From Podarcis cretensis (taxonomy: Eukaryota), in NCBI GenBank assembly GCA_951804945.1, contig OX638151.1, forward strand, positions 92,008,001 through 92,072,000: DNA of 64,000 bases. Direction: 5' to 3'. Below are positions 48,432-61,272 of the stretch, in pieces. The notes beneath the pieces are model-generated. The model did not search any database. It was given only the letters and a program-made list of their open reading frames with translations, and was not told the origin of the DNA. Positions within the stretch are counted from its first letter, which is position 1, and the number at the start of each line of letters is the position of its first letter. A program made the position numbers and the translations under genes.

Positions 48432-49186
48432 TATTTGTGTGGAGAGAGGAAACAACAACAACAATATGGACACTTCATAAGAAGTTTTTTTGTTTTTTGT
48501 TTTTAAAAGAGAACTGGATTAGGGTAGATGAAACATTCTCTTTATCTGGAGTTCTTTCCTCCAAATCCTCCTGGTTCCCGACAAATGTTATCTCTTGTGA
48601 CATAAAGCAGAAGTAGCGCTATAGGCAGAACAGAGAGGGCTCTCCATCTGCAGCTTCCCACTGACTGCCCATCCCAAAGGCCGACTGACATCACAGATTG
48701 CGTTTTTAATAACAAAACTCTCTTCCCATGGATGGGTAACTGCTTTTATGTGACAGGAAAGCTCTGTTTATGGCAGTTGGTTAGGAGAGCCTTTTTTTAA
48801 AAAAAATGAAATGCTTATCATAGTGGTAGCTAAGTTGCAATTTTAATGTATAGCATGAAAAGCATAGTTATTGCGTAAGTCCCATTGTAGTAAATGGGAG
48901 CTACGCAAAAAAAGGGCAGTAAGCAAAATATCTTGGGCTGCAAATTGCACTTGCCCAAGTCAAGATAAGAAGTGCCTATTCTGGATCAGCTCATGGTTTC
49001 ATTTAGTGCAGCTTTCTATCATCCCGAGTAGCCGACTGGATTCTGCCCAGCAGAGCAAGATGTGTATTGTCATCTGTATGATGTTTAATGGTGTCTACCA
49101 AACCTATCTTACTGTTATTGTGTGCCTGTGTGTACATAAACACACGTTAGCAAGCAGTAGAATTGAAAAATTGTACATTTTTACAG

Positions 49187-49310
49187 GTGCTTCAAGGGCA
49201 AGTGTCCGGTCACCAGGTTGCTGTAGAGAAACTGAAAAAAGCTGCCGAAGTGCTTTTTGACACCAGGGGAGAATTACTGCCAGACAAAGATGAAATCCAG
49301 AATACCCTGG
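49187..49310 (+). CDS. DST: DST spectrin-repeat exon ([18 protein letters not shown]...IQNTL)
   Basis: tttacag acceptor, g|gtaaga donor; phase 0 to 1. Confidence 0.94.
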
Positions 49311-50222
49311 GTAAGATGAGTAACTGTCTTCTCCATTTCCTTCTTCCATTTCTCATATTTGTAGACTGGAGAAGATACTAAGTGGTGGTTGCCTCCTGGC
49401 CTCCAACAACTCAGCTGTTTTTACCTTTATTATTTTTTAAGGCAAAGGGCATAATTCACTGAATCAGGCGGAGCAGTTGTTTAGCTCTCAGCCCATGAAA
49501 ATCAGCAGGACTTAGTAGTGCTCAGGTTTGGCTGGGTCATGTCCCTATAAAGTAGCGCCAAACCATACGTGACAGTGACAGGCCCGTGTCTAAATGCAGG
49601 TCTGCTCCAGTCGCATGTTACAAATGGGATGAGTGAGCCATTTTCAAGGGCAAAAGGGTGGAGGGGAGATGTGTTGAATTTGCTTATGTGAGACTCCCAG
49701 TAGCCTTCCCGTGAGGCACTGATCAGGTTTCCACCTGCTTAGCTTCAATAGCTTCAGGGGATCCTAGGGCAGCATTGGGGTACCTGGGCCCTCCAGGTGC
49801 CATCGAATTCCAGCTCCCATCAGTCCCACCCAGTGGTCAGGGATGATGGGCATTGTGTTCCAGCAACATTTGGAGGACCACGGGTTCCCCATGTCTGTTC
49901 TAGGACATTTATGAAGCACTTTGGTCAGAACTCAGACCACACGACAAATGGCCTTTGAAACTTGCAGAACCTTCCAAATCCATTAGTTACGAGTCATAGT
50001 GTTGGTGTCGGTGGTAGTGTGTCCTGTTGCTCCAAGGCAAAAAGTCACCTTGTCATTGTTGAAAGAAGTTTCAACATAACAACCGTAGTGCTAATCATAT
50101 GTAAACAATTATAGTTAAGAAGAGTAGTATCGCTTTCTAGTTCATCACATCTATATTTCTTTATACAAATATTTATTTACCACTATACCATTTTAAAAAA
50201 AATCAAATTAGTTTACTCTCTC

Positions 50223-50226
<4 letters not shown>

Positions 50227-50260
<34 letters not shown>
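50227..50260. repeat. (CA)n microsatellite
   Basis: Read directly. Confidence 0.95.
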
Positions 50261-50262
<2 letters not shown>

Positions 50263-52782
50263 GTTAAGATCGGAGGCCATCAACTATCTATTATTCAAAG
50301 GCCAGCATAGGCATTAACTGTGCATGTTGAGAATCTGTTTTCCTGTTTCAAGCCGGAAAAGAATTAGGGGAAATGACACACAGTTCAGTGATATTTCTAC
50401 TTGTAATAATAATCAAATATGCTGAAACAGAGAAACTGTTACCAAGAAGTGCAGAGGTAATGACGGGTTAAACTAAACTTTGGATTTAGGGGTGATCTTG
50501 TGGTTTCAGTGAGTTAAAAAGACACACATCCTAAGAGTCTGGAGAAGAGGATATCTGAGCTGATTGAGGTTTCTTTTAAAATTATAACTGTTCTGCCCTA
50601 GCAGCCATATGAGATTACTGGAATATGTATAAAGGCCTGCAAGAGAAAGCTGGCTATGCAGACTTAAGCCTTTAATTCCCTGGTTCCAACCGTCAAGTAT
50701 GCGAAGTCCATCTGTTTAACATCCTGCTGTTACAAGTTAATGTATTAAAATATTGCAATACCTCTTTTCATACTCATGCCTGGCACTGCTTAACCTGCTA
50801 AATTTTTGGTGATTTGTTTTTCAGTGCTCCGTCTGATATTTTTCTAGCTGCTTTTCTAGCTATTTGTGTTTGATATTTGATGAATAAAGAATGTGTCAAA
50901 AAAAAAAAAGCAGGAAACCCGACACTACAGAATTTCTGGGGAACCCCCCCATTTCAGATCCCCTCACCAGCTACACCCGTTCTTCGCTTTGCACCCTTCT
51001 TGAGGATAGAAAAGAGTATGGGAGTGTGTGTAGAGACTAGCCTATTGTACAAAGACAAAATTTACATTCATTACTCTGCTTGCTTTTGCCTCTGTTACAG
51101 CGCACCACTGGCATGTTGTCCCTGGAAACTTGCCCAGAAAATAATGCTACCCACAGGCTGAAAAGGGTTCCCCATTCCTGCTGTAAAGAATAAAAGCCAG
51201 GTTGTATTTACCTGGCTTGGAGATGTAGGGTAGTTCTGAGCAACTGATAGAATTGTCCCCTTTATGAGACATTGATATCAGTGAAATCAATCAGCAGGAA
51301 CAACAGATGAAATCCTTCTTTTGTAGAATATTGCCCTTTGACTTCGGGCCTCAGCAGTCTTTGGGGACATTTGCTTTTTATATAACCTCTTTCTTTTAGA
51401 TATTTTGCAATTTGCCTTTTTAAAACCTGTGTCAAGCCACCTGAATCAATTAACTGTCCTATCCAACTGTTTTATCCACAAGGCTGTCTTCTGTGGGCAT
51501 GCACTTGAGGCATAGAAGGAATCACATGTTCCCAGCTCCCTTGTAAAAGGGAATCATGTGTTCCCAACCCTTTGTTGTTCTCAGAGTCGAATATGTCTGA
51601 CTCCAGTCAGCGTACTGATGAAGAATCCATAGTACGCTCTCAGAAAAAAATAACTTTTATCTATGGGTCCCCTATGCTGTGAATTTTTAAGGTTCAGTTT
51701 CTAAGGTACAGTTTCACTTGAGAGAACCTCAAGTAGAAAATTCTGCATCCTTCTGGGGCTACTCTGAGAGCCAAGCATTGTTCGCTACTGTGTGCGGCTT
51801 GTGTTAACTGGCCTCTTTCCTATATCATGTGGTATGCTCCTTGTCACAGCAAATACTAAATTCTGAAGAATACTCCTTAGGCAAATCTTTAGGTGTGGAT
51901 TGGGAAAGTGAGTTAGAAGAATTTTTGGGGGAGTGCGGACTGTTCCTTAAGAGGAGAGAGAGTGTGTTATTTCCCATGAGTGTTCCAGAATATGTGGGAT
52001 ACAGGCAGCTACAGGGATTTTTTAAAAAAAAAGTTGAAAAGGGGGGCGGGAGACACTCCCACCACTTTGTCTAGTTGCCTATCCTGCTCCAAAACTTAGG
52101 GAAAATTTCTCCTGCCTGTTTTCAAAGGGATTATGTTTTCAACTCTCTATCTTGTTCATGGTTGAAATAAGCTTGGCCGAAAATCGCGACCTAGCAATAC
52201 TTTGAATGTGTGTTTTACATGCAAAGTATTGCTTTGCTGGTATTTTTGGCTAACCTTTCAGCGTTAAGGCTCTTGTAAAATTGACACTTGCGTAGATAAG
52301 AGAATATTGTCAGGTGCAGCTTTTCAAACTCCTGCTGCAGTGTGCCAAGGCAAGCTACACTTTACGGATTAACTTCTCTTCTTCCCCAATAACTTGTTTA
52401 AGGTACAGGAGCTATCTTGGATGTATTACAAAATTTGAGGTTCAATTCCATCGACTCCAGTCATAGGGTGTTAGGGAGCAGGGTTGGCAAAGACTTGTGC
52501 CTGAGACCCCGAAATGCTGTTCCCAATTGCAGTAAATTATGTTGTGTTAGCCCTGGGGTAGTGAACCTGTGGCCCTCCAGATGTTGTTTGATTCCAATTT
52601 CAGCCCCCGTGGCCAATGGTACCAGGGTGATGCGAATTGTTGTCCAACCACATCTGGGTGGCTATGGGTTCCCCATCCCTGATTTAGCTGGACTATTGGC
52701 ATAACTCTGCCAAAGGCAGTTGCTTGTATTCTAAAATGGTTGTGAACTTATAAACTATCCTTTATCTACTTGTTTCTTTCAG

Positions 52783-52991
52783 ATACTATTGTGGATAAGT
52801 ATAATCACTTATCTAAAGCAGTGAATGACCGGAATGAGAAACTTCAGATCACTCTGACACGTTCATTAAGCGTCCAGGATGGATTGGATGAAATGCTTGA
52901 TTGGATGAATGGTGTTGAGAAGAGTCTTGAGGAGCAAGGTCAAGTGCCTTTGAATTCTTCTGTAATTCAGGATGTCATTAGTAAAAGTATG
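52783..52991 (+). CDS. DST: DST spectrin-repeat exon (DTIVDKY...[22 protein letters not shown]...ISKSM)
   Basis: ctttcag acceptor, atg|gtgagt donor; phase 1 to 0. Confidence 0.95.
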
Positions 52992-53923
52992 GTGAGTTAG
53001 TTTTTAGCAGAGCAAATTTTCCTCCTAATGCCAGGAACTTAAAGCTCAAAGTGGGGGCGGGGGAAATCAAGATACTGAAAACAAGTTTTCATTAATACAT
53101 TCAGGTATCTGAAGAAAATTCAGTCTTAAAACAGTGTTTCATTAGAGTGCATCTAGACGGTGACTTTCTCTAGTGCGCATAGTGCATTTGTGGGTGAGAT
53201 GCATGCTAATATTGTATGTTAGTGTGCCAGACAACCCAAAAGTGCATGTCAGCTGTCCCAGTCTCTGTGCAGACTGCCACAAATCCAAATATACTACCAG
53301 GGTCAGCACAGGGGGCTGCACAAAACCATTGGTTGTCACGTCTGCAGCTATTGAGTAATGACTACCTTTTCTAAGAGTAGCAATAAACAAATCTGTCTCT
53401 TTTAGTTTCTTCTTTTTCCAATCTTAAGTTTTGTTTGCCACATTTCTGCATCAGTTCAATTTTTTTTAAAGAAGTCATCACAACAATTCATTAGCATTTT
53501 TGTGTGCCTTTCTCCTAAATGTACACATAGATGTGTGCAATTTTGCCCGATATACACATTTTTGCAACAATTTTTGCCTGTTATGCAGTTTTGTGTGCTA
53601 CATTCATTGAATTTTTATAAATATTTCATGCTAATATACACAGTTGTGTATAGATTTTTTTAGTTTGAGAACTGCATTGGTAAATTTGGAGACGTGCAAA
53701 GGATAGCTGTGCTTTTGCTTCACATATTCTTTCATGCTCACCTTTAAATGCAATTGAGATTTCTTCCGCATCTTTATCTTTGGGGTTCTCCTCATTGCCA
53801 CTTCTTGCTTTAGAAACTGACTACAGGAAGTGCAGTCATTTACATCAGCTTGCAATCACTTCATTCACATAGAGATGCACCCATGAGTATGGCTGTCTTC
53901 TCAGACTTATCTATTTATCCCAG

Positions 53924-54241
53924 GCTCTAGAACAAGACATTGTGGGTCGGCAAAGTAGCCTAAATGCCATGAAAGAAAAGTTGAACAAATTCATGGAAAC
54001 AACAGACCCATCCACTGCATCCTCTTTACAAGCTAAAATGAACGAACTTTCTCAGCGGTTTTGTGAAGCAAATAATAAACACAGGAAAAAACTTGAAAAG
54101 TTGGAGGGATTGAAGACCAAAGTGGAGCTGTTTGAGTTCCTCACTGATAAACTCCAGTTATTCTTGGACAAGAAAACTCAGGCTCTTGGCGAGGCTGACA
54201 TCCCAGGAAAAGACGTTACTGAGATGTCCTTATATGTGCAG
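53924..54241 (+). CDS. DST: DST spectrin-repeat exon ([12 protein letters not shown]...SLYVQ)
   Basis: atcccag acceptor, cag|gtactg donor; 318 nt. Confidence 0.95.
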
Positions 54242-54417
54242 GTACTGTAGATTTTTACTTTTGTGAGCCCTACATTGCCCCTTACTGAGCAGTACAATGG
54301 CTGGCGTAACTATGCCACCCACAATTATAAGAGAACCTGCTGAGTCCAAGGAATAAATTTTGAACACCGTGCAGTGTGTTCAGGTGTGAAGCAATTACTT
54401 TCTTGTCCATTTTAAAG

Positions 54418-54584
54418 GAAACCAACACTGAACTGATGGAGCAGAAAAAAGATCTTGAAAATTTGCAACACCTCATTGAAGAACTCTCTCCTCATGCTCT
54501 TCCTGGAGACAGGTCATTAGTGTTAGAAAAAGTAAATGCCTTGTCAAAGAAATTCAAGGAAATGGAAGAGACTATACGAGAAAA
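54418..54584 (+). CDS. DST: DST spectrin-repeat exon (ETNTELMEQKK...EETIREK)
   Basis: tttaaag acceptor, aa|gtgagt donor; phase 0 to 2. Confidence 0.93.
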
Positions 54585-55750
54585 GTGAGTACAATAATCA
54601 AATTTTAGAATAGTGTGTGCTGATGGTGTTGGTGGTGATGAAAATAATCAGGGTTGTCAATGAGTAAATAATTTCTGCGGATTATCTGTCTTGTGACTGA
54701 TTTATTTTTACCTAATTACAATAATTTCCATGAGCATATTTCAAACACTTCATTATAGGTGCCTTTTTGAGGTAACTTAGAATTTGATAGATAAAATATC
54801 CCACTCAATACTAGAAGTTAATCTTTAATATTCCCCCCCATAGTGTACAGCAGAATCAAAATAGGCTCAGCAAAGCATGCCTTGAACTTGTAATCTTGCC
54901 AGTTCATCAGACAATCAACCAACCAACCAACCAACTAAAGGGTTACCAATTACAAATATTAAATTTTGCAACTATAAAAGTAAGAGTTCCAAATAATGTG
55001 ATGCACAGACCTATAAGACAGTTGTGGTGTGTTTTGCAGTTTCATAAAGTGAAGGAAAAGTTACTGGCTTGTAACAATATTGCAGAATTAAGAAACACTT
55101 GTCATTCTAAGCCAAACCATAGCTTTGCATAGATGCACAAGTGTATGGGTTCTCTTCTCTAGGAGTCCGCACAATATGATAAGCAAATATGTGGCTTAGC
55201 ATGGTGCAAGCAGCAAAAGAACAAGAAATGCTGAGCTGAGCCATAGTTTGGTCCGGCATGTTTTCTGGAGAAAACTAAATCATGAGTCCAGTTCTAGATG
55301 ATATGATAAGCAAATATGTGGCTTAGCTCAGCATGGCACAGGGAGGAGTGAAGTGGCTGGGATTTCATCTCCAGGAACTTGTGTGCACCAACCAGACAAC
55401 AGTAAAAATACAGTAATAATATATAAGGAAATGCCACTAGTTGGGCTGAGATCTAAAGGGCCGGGTGTGATGGTTTGCATGTACATTGTGACAAGCCCCT
55501 GTTAGTCCATCAAGACTCTCACTTTGGAGCAGCATTTGAAATGTGAGATGTGGTATGAGGGGCTGTAGTCTGAAAGGAACACTTGCAACCCTTCTGTGCA
55601 TAGATAGGAGTGCTTTCAGTCCCGGCTATACATACTGGTTGTTAATAAAGCCCATATTATAGTTTTACCTAGAAGAAGGATTTGCCTACATTATCCCGAG
55701 AACAAGGAGACTATCTCTCCCGTATCCCTTCCTTGTTTTCAATTGTGCAG

Positions 55751-55907
55751 AGAAGAGGATGTGTCCTCTTGCCAGAAGCAGATGGATGAGTTCAATCTTC
55801 ATGTAGAATCTTTGAAGAAATGGGTAGATGAGATGACGGAAAGAATCCCAGCTACCCAGCCCTCTTTGAATGTGGAGAATTTAAACAAACATTTGCAGAA
55901 CACCAAG
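55751..55907 (+). CDS. DST: DST spectrin-repeat exon (EEDVSSCQKQMDEF...LQNTK)
   Basis: gtgcag acceptor, aag|gtgaga donor; phase 2 to 0. Confidence 0.93.
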
Positions 55908-55946
55908 GTGAGAGACTTCTTATCATTTCTGACAATAATTTCATTA

Positions 55947-56162
55947 CAGTGGTACCTCAGGTTAAGAACTTAATTCGTTCTGGAGGTCTGTTCTTAACCT
56001 GAAACTGTTCTTAAGCTGAAGCACCACTTTAGCCAATGCTGCCACTGTGCCGCTGCTGCAAAATTTCTGTTCTCATCCTGAAGCAAAGTTCTTAACCCGA
56101 GGTAATATTTCTGGGTTAGTGGAGTCTGTAACCTGAAGCGTATGTAACCCAAGGTACCACTG
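55947..56162. mobile_element. Second copy of the same Tc1/mariner MITE, opposite orientation
   Basis: TA|cagtggtacctc...aaggtaccactg|TA; the interior is the reverse complement of 48214-48431. Confidence 0.85.
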
Positions 56163-56909
56163 TAATTGGATTTGTATGTCAGTTGATTTGTCAACTGATG
56201 GTGTCCTTTTGGTTTCAAAGAATTAAGTAGGAACGCTGTAGATCTTTTCGTTGGTATTCAACTGGATTTTACTCAGTGTAGATCCATGGAAATTAATGAC
56301 TAAGTTAGGTCCGTTATTTCAATGGGTGTACACCTAGTAAGACTTAGTTGACTACTGACCATAATGACACAGCTCCAAGGGACAGACGATGCACTTGCAA
56401 GAACTTACCAACTCACTTCAAAGCAAAAGACACCTCTGTGTGTGCAAAAGGATGTACGTTGTGCAGCTGCACACATTAGTGAATAGGGAAATTCTTGCAA
56501 GTGTGGAGAACTTGGCTTGCAACTAATTGCTAGACTGAGACAGACACCTTTTGTCCCATTTTTAGCTATGTTTCAACACAAACTATTGCTGTATATGATT
56601 CATTTTTATAATAAGAAACTGGGCATGGTTTAAATATGAGTAAAGTACTTGCAGTATTTTGGTACCAGTACATCTTCCCAGCCCTATTTCATTTGAGAGT
56701 TCTGCTATCTCACTTTTTAAAAAATGTTCACTCCAGTTTTTGGGTCATTAATGAGAAATGGCAGGGCACAGTTTGATGATAGAGCAAGTGGGATGTGTGA
56801 CATGATGAGATAATTTCTGGCCATGTCCAGCCCATCTAGAGTGGAATGCTTTTTGTCACACTTACAAATATAATCAGTAGTTGAAAATAACATCTTGTTC
56901 ATTTCTTAG

Positions 56910-57033
56910 CATTTGGAGGAGGAATGGAGTTTGAAGGCACCTGACATTCAGAAAATGATTAGCAGAGGAACAGCATTATGCAACCTAATTAGTGCTGTGA
57001 CTTCCCCTGTAAGGTCAAGGGGAGTAAAATCAG
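56910..57033 (+). CDS. DST: DST exon (HLEEEWSLKAPDIQKMISRGTALCNLISAVTSPVRSRGVKS)
   Basis: ttcttag acceptor, cag|gtatgt donor; read manually; phase 0 to 1. Confidence 0.92.
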
Positions 57034-57100
57034 GTATGTTCAATGGACATTTCTACATATTTAAAAGTACACGTGAATGAAATTAAATAGCTAACACAGA

Positions 57101-57101
<1 letters not shown>

Positions 57102-57130
<29 letters not shown>
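57102..57130. repeat. (CA)n microsatellite about 70 nt downstream of a splice donor
   Basis: Read directly. Confidence 0.95.
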
Positions 57131-57133
<3 letters not shown>

Positions 57134-57254
57134 ATGTCTTTATTAGCTCCCTAGATCAATCCTGTGTGGTTGGGGAAATTTTATGCCAGATTGCTTGATA
57201 GACATGAATTTTAAGGTACATTAGGTCACAGGTGGTATAAGAAAGCCTGAGCCA

Positions 57255-57320
57255 TTGGTACGCAGCTTGAACCCATGACCCTGAGATTCAGAGTTTCAAG
57301 CTGTACCGACAGAGCTATTT
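57255..57320 (-). mobile_element. tRNA-Lys-derived SINE head fragment
   Basis: Reverse strand tagctctgtcggtacagcttgaaactctgaatctcagggtcatgggttcaagc. Confidence 0.6.
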
Positions 57321-57329
57321 CAGTTTAGA

Positions 57330-58720
57330 AAAATACTTCTCTCTGTCACTCAATAGCATTTTTCTGTCTTCTTCACACAAGGACCCTATTACTTGATTGT
57401 TCTTCTTGCTTCGAACATAGCTGAATAAGCTTTTAAAGTTATTTTTAACCTCTCTTGCAAACCTGACTTCATTCTGAGCTTTGGCCTGCCTGACCTTCTC
57501 CTTGCAACTGTTGGATACTTGTATCTACCCTTCCTTTGTGATTTCTCCTCTCTTCCATTTATAATACATTCCCTTCTTACATCTCAGCTAATCCATCAGC
57601 TCCTTATGCAGCCACACCAGTTTCTTTAGCTACCTCCTGCTTTTCTTTCTTGTTGGAATTGTTGGCATTTGGGCCTTTAATATTTCACCTATAATAAACT
57701 CCCTTCTATCTGGGGCTCACTTAGCTTTTGAGTATTTCTGACCATGGGATTTCTCCCAGTAGCTCCTTAAACTTTTAGGAATCGAGCTTCTTAAAGTCCA
57801 GAGTGCATCTCTTGACTACACTCAGCTTTCCCTTCTCCTCTGTATCATGAAACCAGGAGGGCATGATCACTTCCTCTCAAGTTTCTGAGTATTTCCACCT
57901 TGTCGATCAGTTCCTCCCTGTTGGTGAGGACCAGGTCCAATATATATGACCCCCTTGTTGCTTCTTCTACCTTTTGGGAAATGAAATTACCAGAGAGCCA
58001 ATTGTGGGATTTGTTGGACCTTAAATTCTTGGCAGAGTTTGAGTTCCAACAGATATTGGGGTAGTTGAAGTCTCCCATGACTACTATATCTTTCCCTTTT
58101 GAATGTTTGGTAATCTGCTCTAGGAAGGCATCATCCAAGTCTTCAGTCCAAGGTCACTGTAGTTCCTTCTCCTACCATTTTTACCCATATAATCTCATGG
58201 ATCTCTTCACAAGTGTACACATCTTTTACATGTAATGCTATTTCTCCCCCCTTCCTGTTTGATCTATTCCTTTTGAATGAGTCATACCCCTCAATTCCTT
58301 CATTCCAGTCTCATTCTAGTCTCATCCCACCAAGTTCCAGTAATGCCTATTAGATAATATTTGCCATCCTGTATTCAGAGCTCAAGTTTTTCTTGCTTGT
58401 TTCTGTACTCTGTGCATTTGTATAGAGACATCTGAAACCATGAGCCATTTTTTGGCACACTGCTGCCTCTGTCCTCTGTAGAGAGTCACCTGCTGCCACC
58501 ACACATCTCCCTCTTCTTTGGGGAGGAGCATGAATTGTTTTGTACGCTGTAACTTCTACTACCACCTCAGTGTGTTCTGAGGTCTGCAACCACTGTACTT
58601 GCTCCTCTGGCTGAGAATTTCCAAACCTCTTCATCTTATGATTAAAATTCTGCCTCCAGTCCCTTCTTGGAGTGTTCCCAGATGCTAGCTTTCCATGCTC
58701 CTGACTCAGGTCTCAATGCA
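57330..58720 (-). mobile_element. Decayed CR1 LINE: ORF1 remnant plus ORF2 endonuclease region
   Basis: ORF 57845-58138 has VVMGDFNYPNICW...ILDLVLTN...GSDH (APE endonuclease); ORF 58350-58634 has VVAAGDSL (ORF1 esterase block) and CLYTNAQS (ORF2 start). Confidence 0.88.
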
Positions 58721-61203
58721 CAGTTCAGAGTTCAGGCAGTGTCCTGTGAAAATGCAGGTAGCATGAGTACCATATGACCCATGCAGGTTGTGCCACTTCC
58801 TGCTAGCTGTATGGGTTATCGGAACAGCGTAGACTGAAAACCTCAGTTTGTGTGCACTTTGGAGATCAGATCCTCTTTTTCAAAAAGAAGTGTAGCTTAT
58901 CCTCCTAAATCAGAGCAATTTCCATTTTTTAGTATGGACTAATGAATCCAGCAGTAAAGGGCAAGTAACTTCAGAGCAAGTACTGCTCTAATTTAGAAAA
59001 TTTATATGCTGCTTGTTCAAAGAAATAAAAAAGCAAATCATGTGTCTGGAGAGCCTTGCTACAACAGAAAAGTTTTCCTTAGGTATATAAAACAGTACTG
59101 TGAAGAAACCTCCTTAATGCCAGCAGACAGGGAGTTTCAGAAGACAGGTGCTGCTGTGCAAAAGGAATGACTTCTCTCAAATGTCAAATGAACATTGTGT
59201 GGCACTTGTAAATGTGAAGTAAGCAAATGGGCACATTTGGGATAGGGCAATTCTTTAAGTATACTGGTCCCAAGTTGTTAAGCCGCAGACAATAATTTTT
59301 AGTATTCGTACCAACAGAACTTTGTGTACTTGAAATAATGTTATTTTAAAAGAGTGAAATATCTGTTCAGAATTTGCTTACTAAATGTGTTAATCATTTC
59401 TTTATTGGTTTCATTATGAGTGAGTGCAAGTACCCTGAGTTTTGTGCCAATGATAAATGTTTCCCTCATGGGAAATATAGAAAAGTCTCAATATCTTAGT
59501 ATGTGAACATCTCACTTACTTGGCTGACTTACTTGCTCTCACCATTTCCCAGCTGCCATTAGGCTAGCACTCACTTTCCAGCTGGTGGTGAGGGGTGAAT
59601 GCTTGGCCTTCTCCAAGGCAACCATTAATTCTACTCCATTAAATAATCATCTTCAGGCTCTCTACTTACATAGACATACAGTAGATTCTACTTAGCGCTC
59701 TTATTCCCTTCATAAATAATGGGTACTCATGAAATTGCCTGTGGAACAGCTAAAAGGGGGGCAGGGTTTCTGAAGTTGATTTCACAGTGTGGAAAATCTG
59801 TAAACACAAAACAAAATTTTGCACCAAAATTTAACTTTGGGAACCCTCTCATTCTGCATTTTGTCTGTTCTAAATCAGTGTACCGCAAATGTTTTGGGGT
59901 CTTTGTTCCACAATGCATGGAATCACAGAACTGCAACTACATGGAATATTTTGAGCTGCTGACTTAAGGCATGTTTCATTCAAGATTTTAGACATAGGTA
60001 CTGATAACAGCTCAGAACAAGTTCTGTATATACCAATTCAGTTATGCTGGGCACAAATATGCATTATATTTTGCTTTAAAATGTTTAGTACGGGCAGTCT
60101 GCAATCAGAGAGTGATCGGGCTCCAAATTCCAAGCTGCAAATAATGGATACATGTGCCTTTCATAGTTAGTCTGCAGCAGTGTTATTTTATGCTTAGGGC
60201 AGCTTCTCACAGAAAGCTTTGTACACAAGTATTTCTGCCAAAGTTATAATGTCATGATGATATTAGCATGTATCTTTGTGTTTACAGTTATGACAGCACT
60301 TGGGCTGAGCTGATTTGGGACTGATTTTGTAAAAATATCCTAAAAATTTGGTTGTTATGAAGATCCCACTTACAACTAGTCTACTCTTAAACCACTAAGA
60401 CCAGTGTGACGCACATAATAGTCTTAGACCTTGGTTTTACATTATTGTTGAAAATCTCTCTCTCAATATGCAGTATACAAATATTTTTATAAATAAGAAT
60501 AAAAGAAAGAATTGGCTTCAACACACTGCTCATCCATTGACTCACTGGGTGCTTTAGGCAAGTCATGCTGTGACTGCATTCACATGTCACACTAAACCAT
60601 AATTTACCATAACATAAATGAGCCTAGGTGAGCCTTGTTCTCACATGCTCCCCTTTCCCCACAATTTATTGTATTGTCTGAACCAAAACATTTGGTTAGC
60701 ATTAACTATGGGTGATGGTATCTGAACATTACCCCACATGGAGCAAATAGCAGCTTCAATGGGGGTGATTTTCATGGGGGAAATGGCACTGGGAAAAGGG
60801 TTAAACCATTACTTCGTAGCGCCATGATTCCAGTCAGACACACACATCTCCAAGGCTGTTCTTCTAAAATGCAGTGGGAGAGCTGTTCACCTGCCTATGC
60901 CACATCTAGTTTGGCCCTTAAATTGGTTTGAAAAGGGATCAAATACTTCCATAGTGTCTGAACAATGAGGGAAGAACCCAACATTGCATTAGGATGATTG
61001 TTCCATCAGGGCAAGCTTGCCAGATGGAATGATCCCTCCTCTCCCCTGCTTGCTGTTCCAGGGGTACTCTTGACCTGCCCTGAGCCAGTTGGGGAACATG
61101 TGTAGGAGAGACTCCATAGTACAAGTGGAAGTCCTTGCTCAGGGCTTCTGCTGACTGAATTCATTAGTTGAATCTTGCTCTAAATCTCTAATCTCTCTTT
61201 CAG

Positions 61204-61272
61204 CTGTAAGCGGAACAGTATTAAATGGTGAAGGAGCAGCTACAGGTACCCAGGGATTCCTAACAAACAAAG
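61204..61272 (+). CDS. DST: Short symmetric DST exon (AVSGTVLNGEGAATGTQGFLTNK)
   Basis: ctctttcag acceptor, aag|gtgact donor; 69 nt, phase 1 to 1; VLNGEG motif as in dystonin. Confidence 0.88.

Noticed and set aside
59083-60330. Extra cassette exons after acceptor-like sites at 59082 and about 60287
   Set aside because: Phase-1 reading hits stops within a few codons and I found no convincing paired donors.
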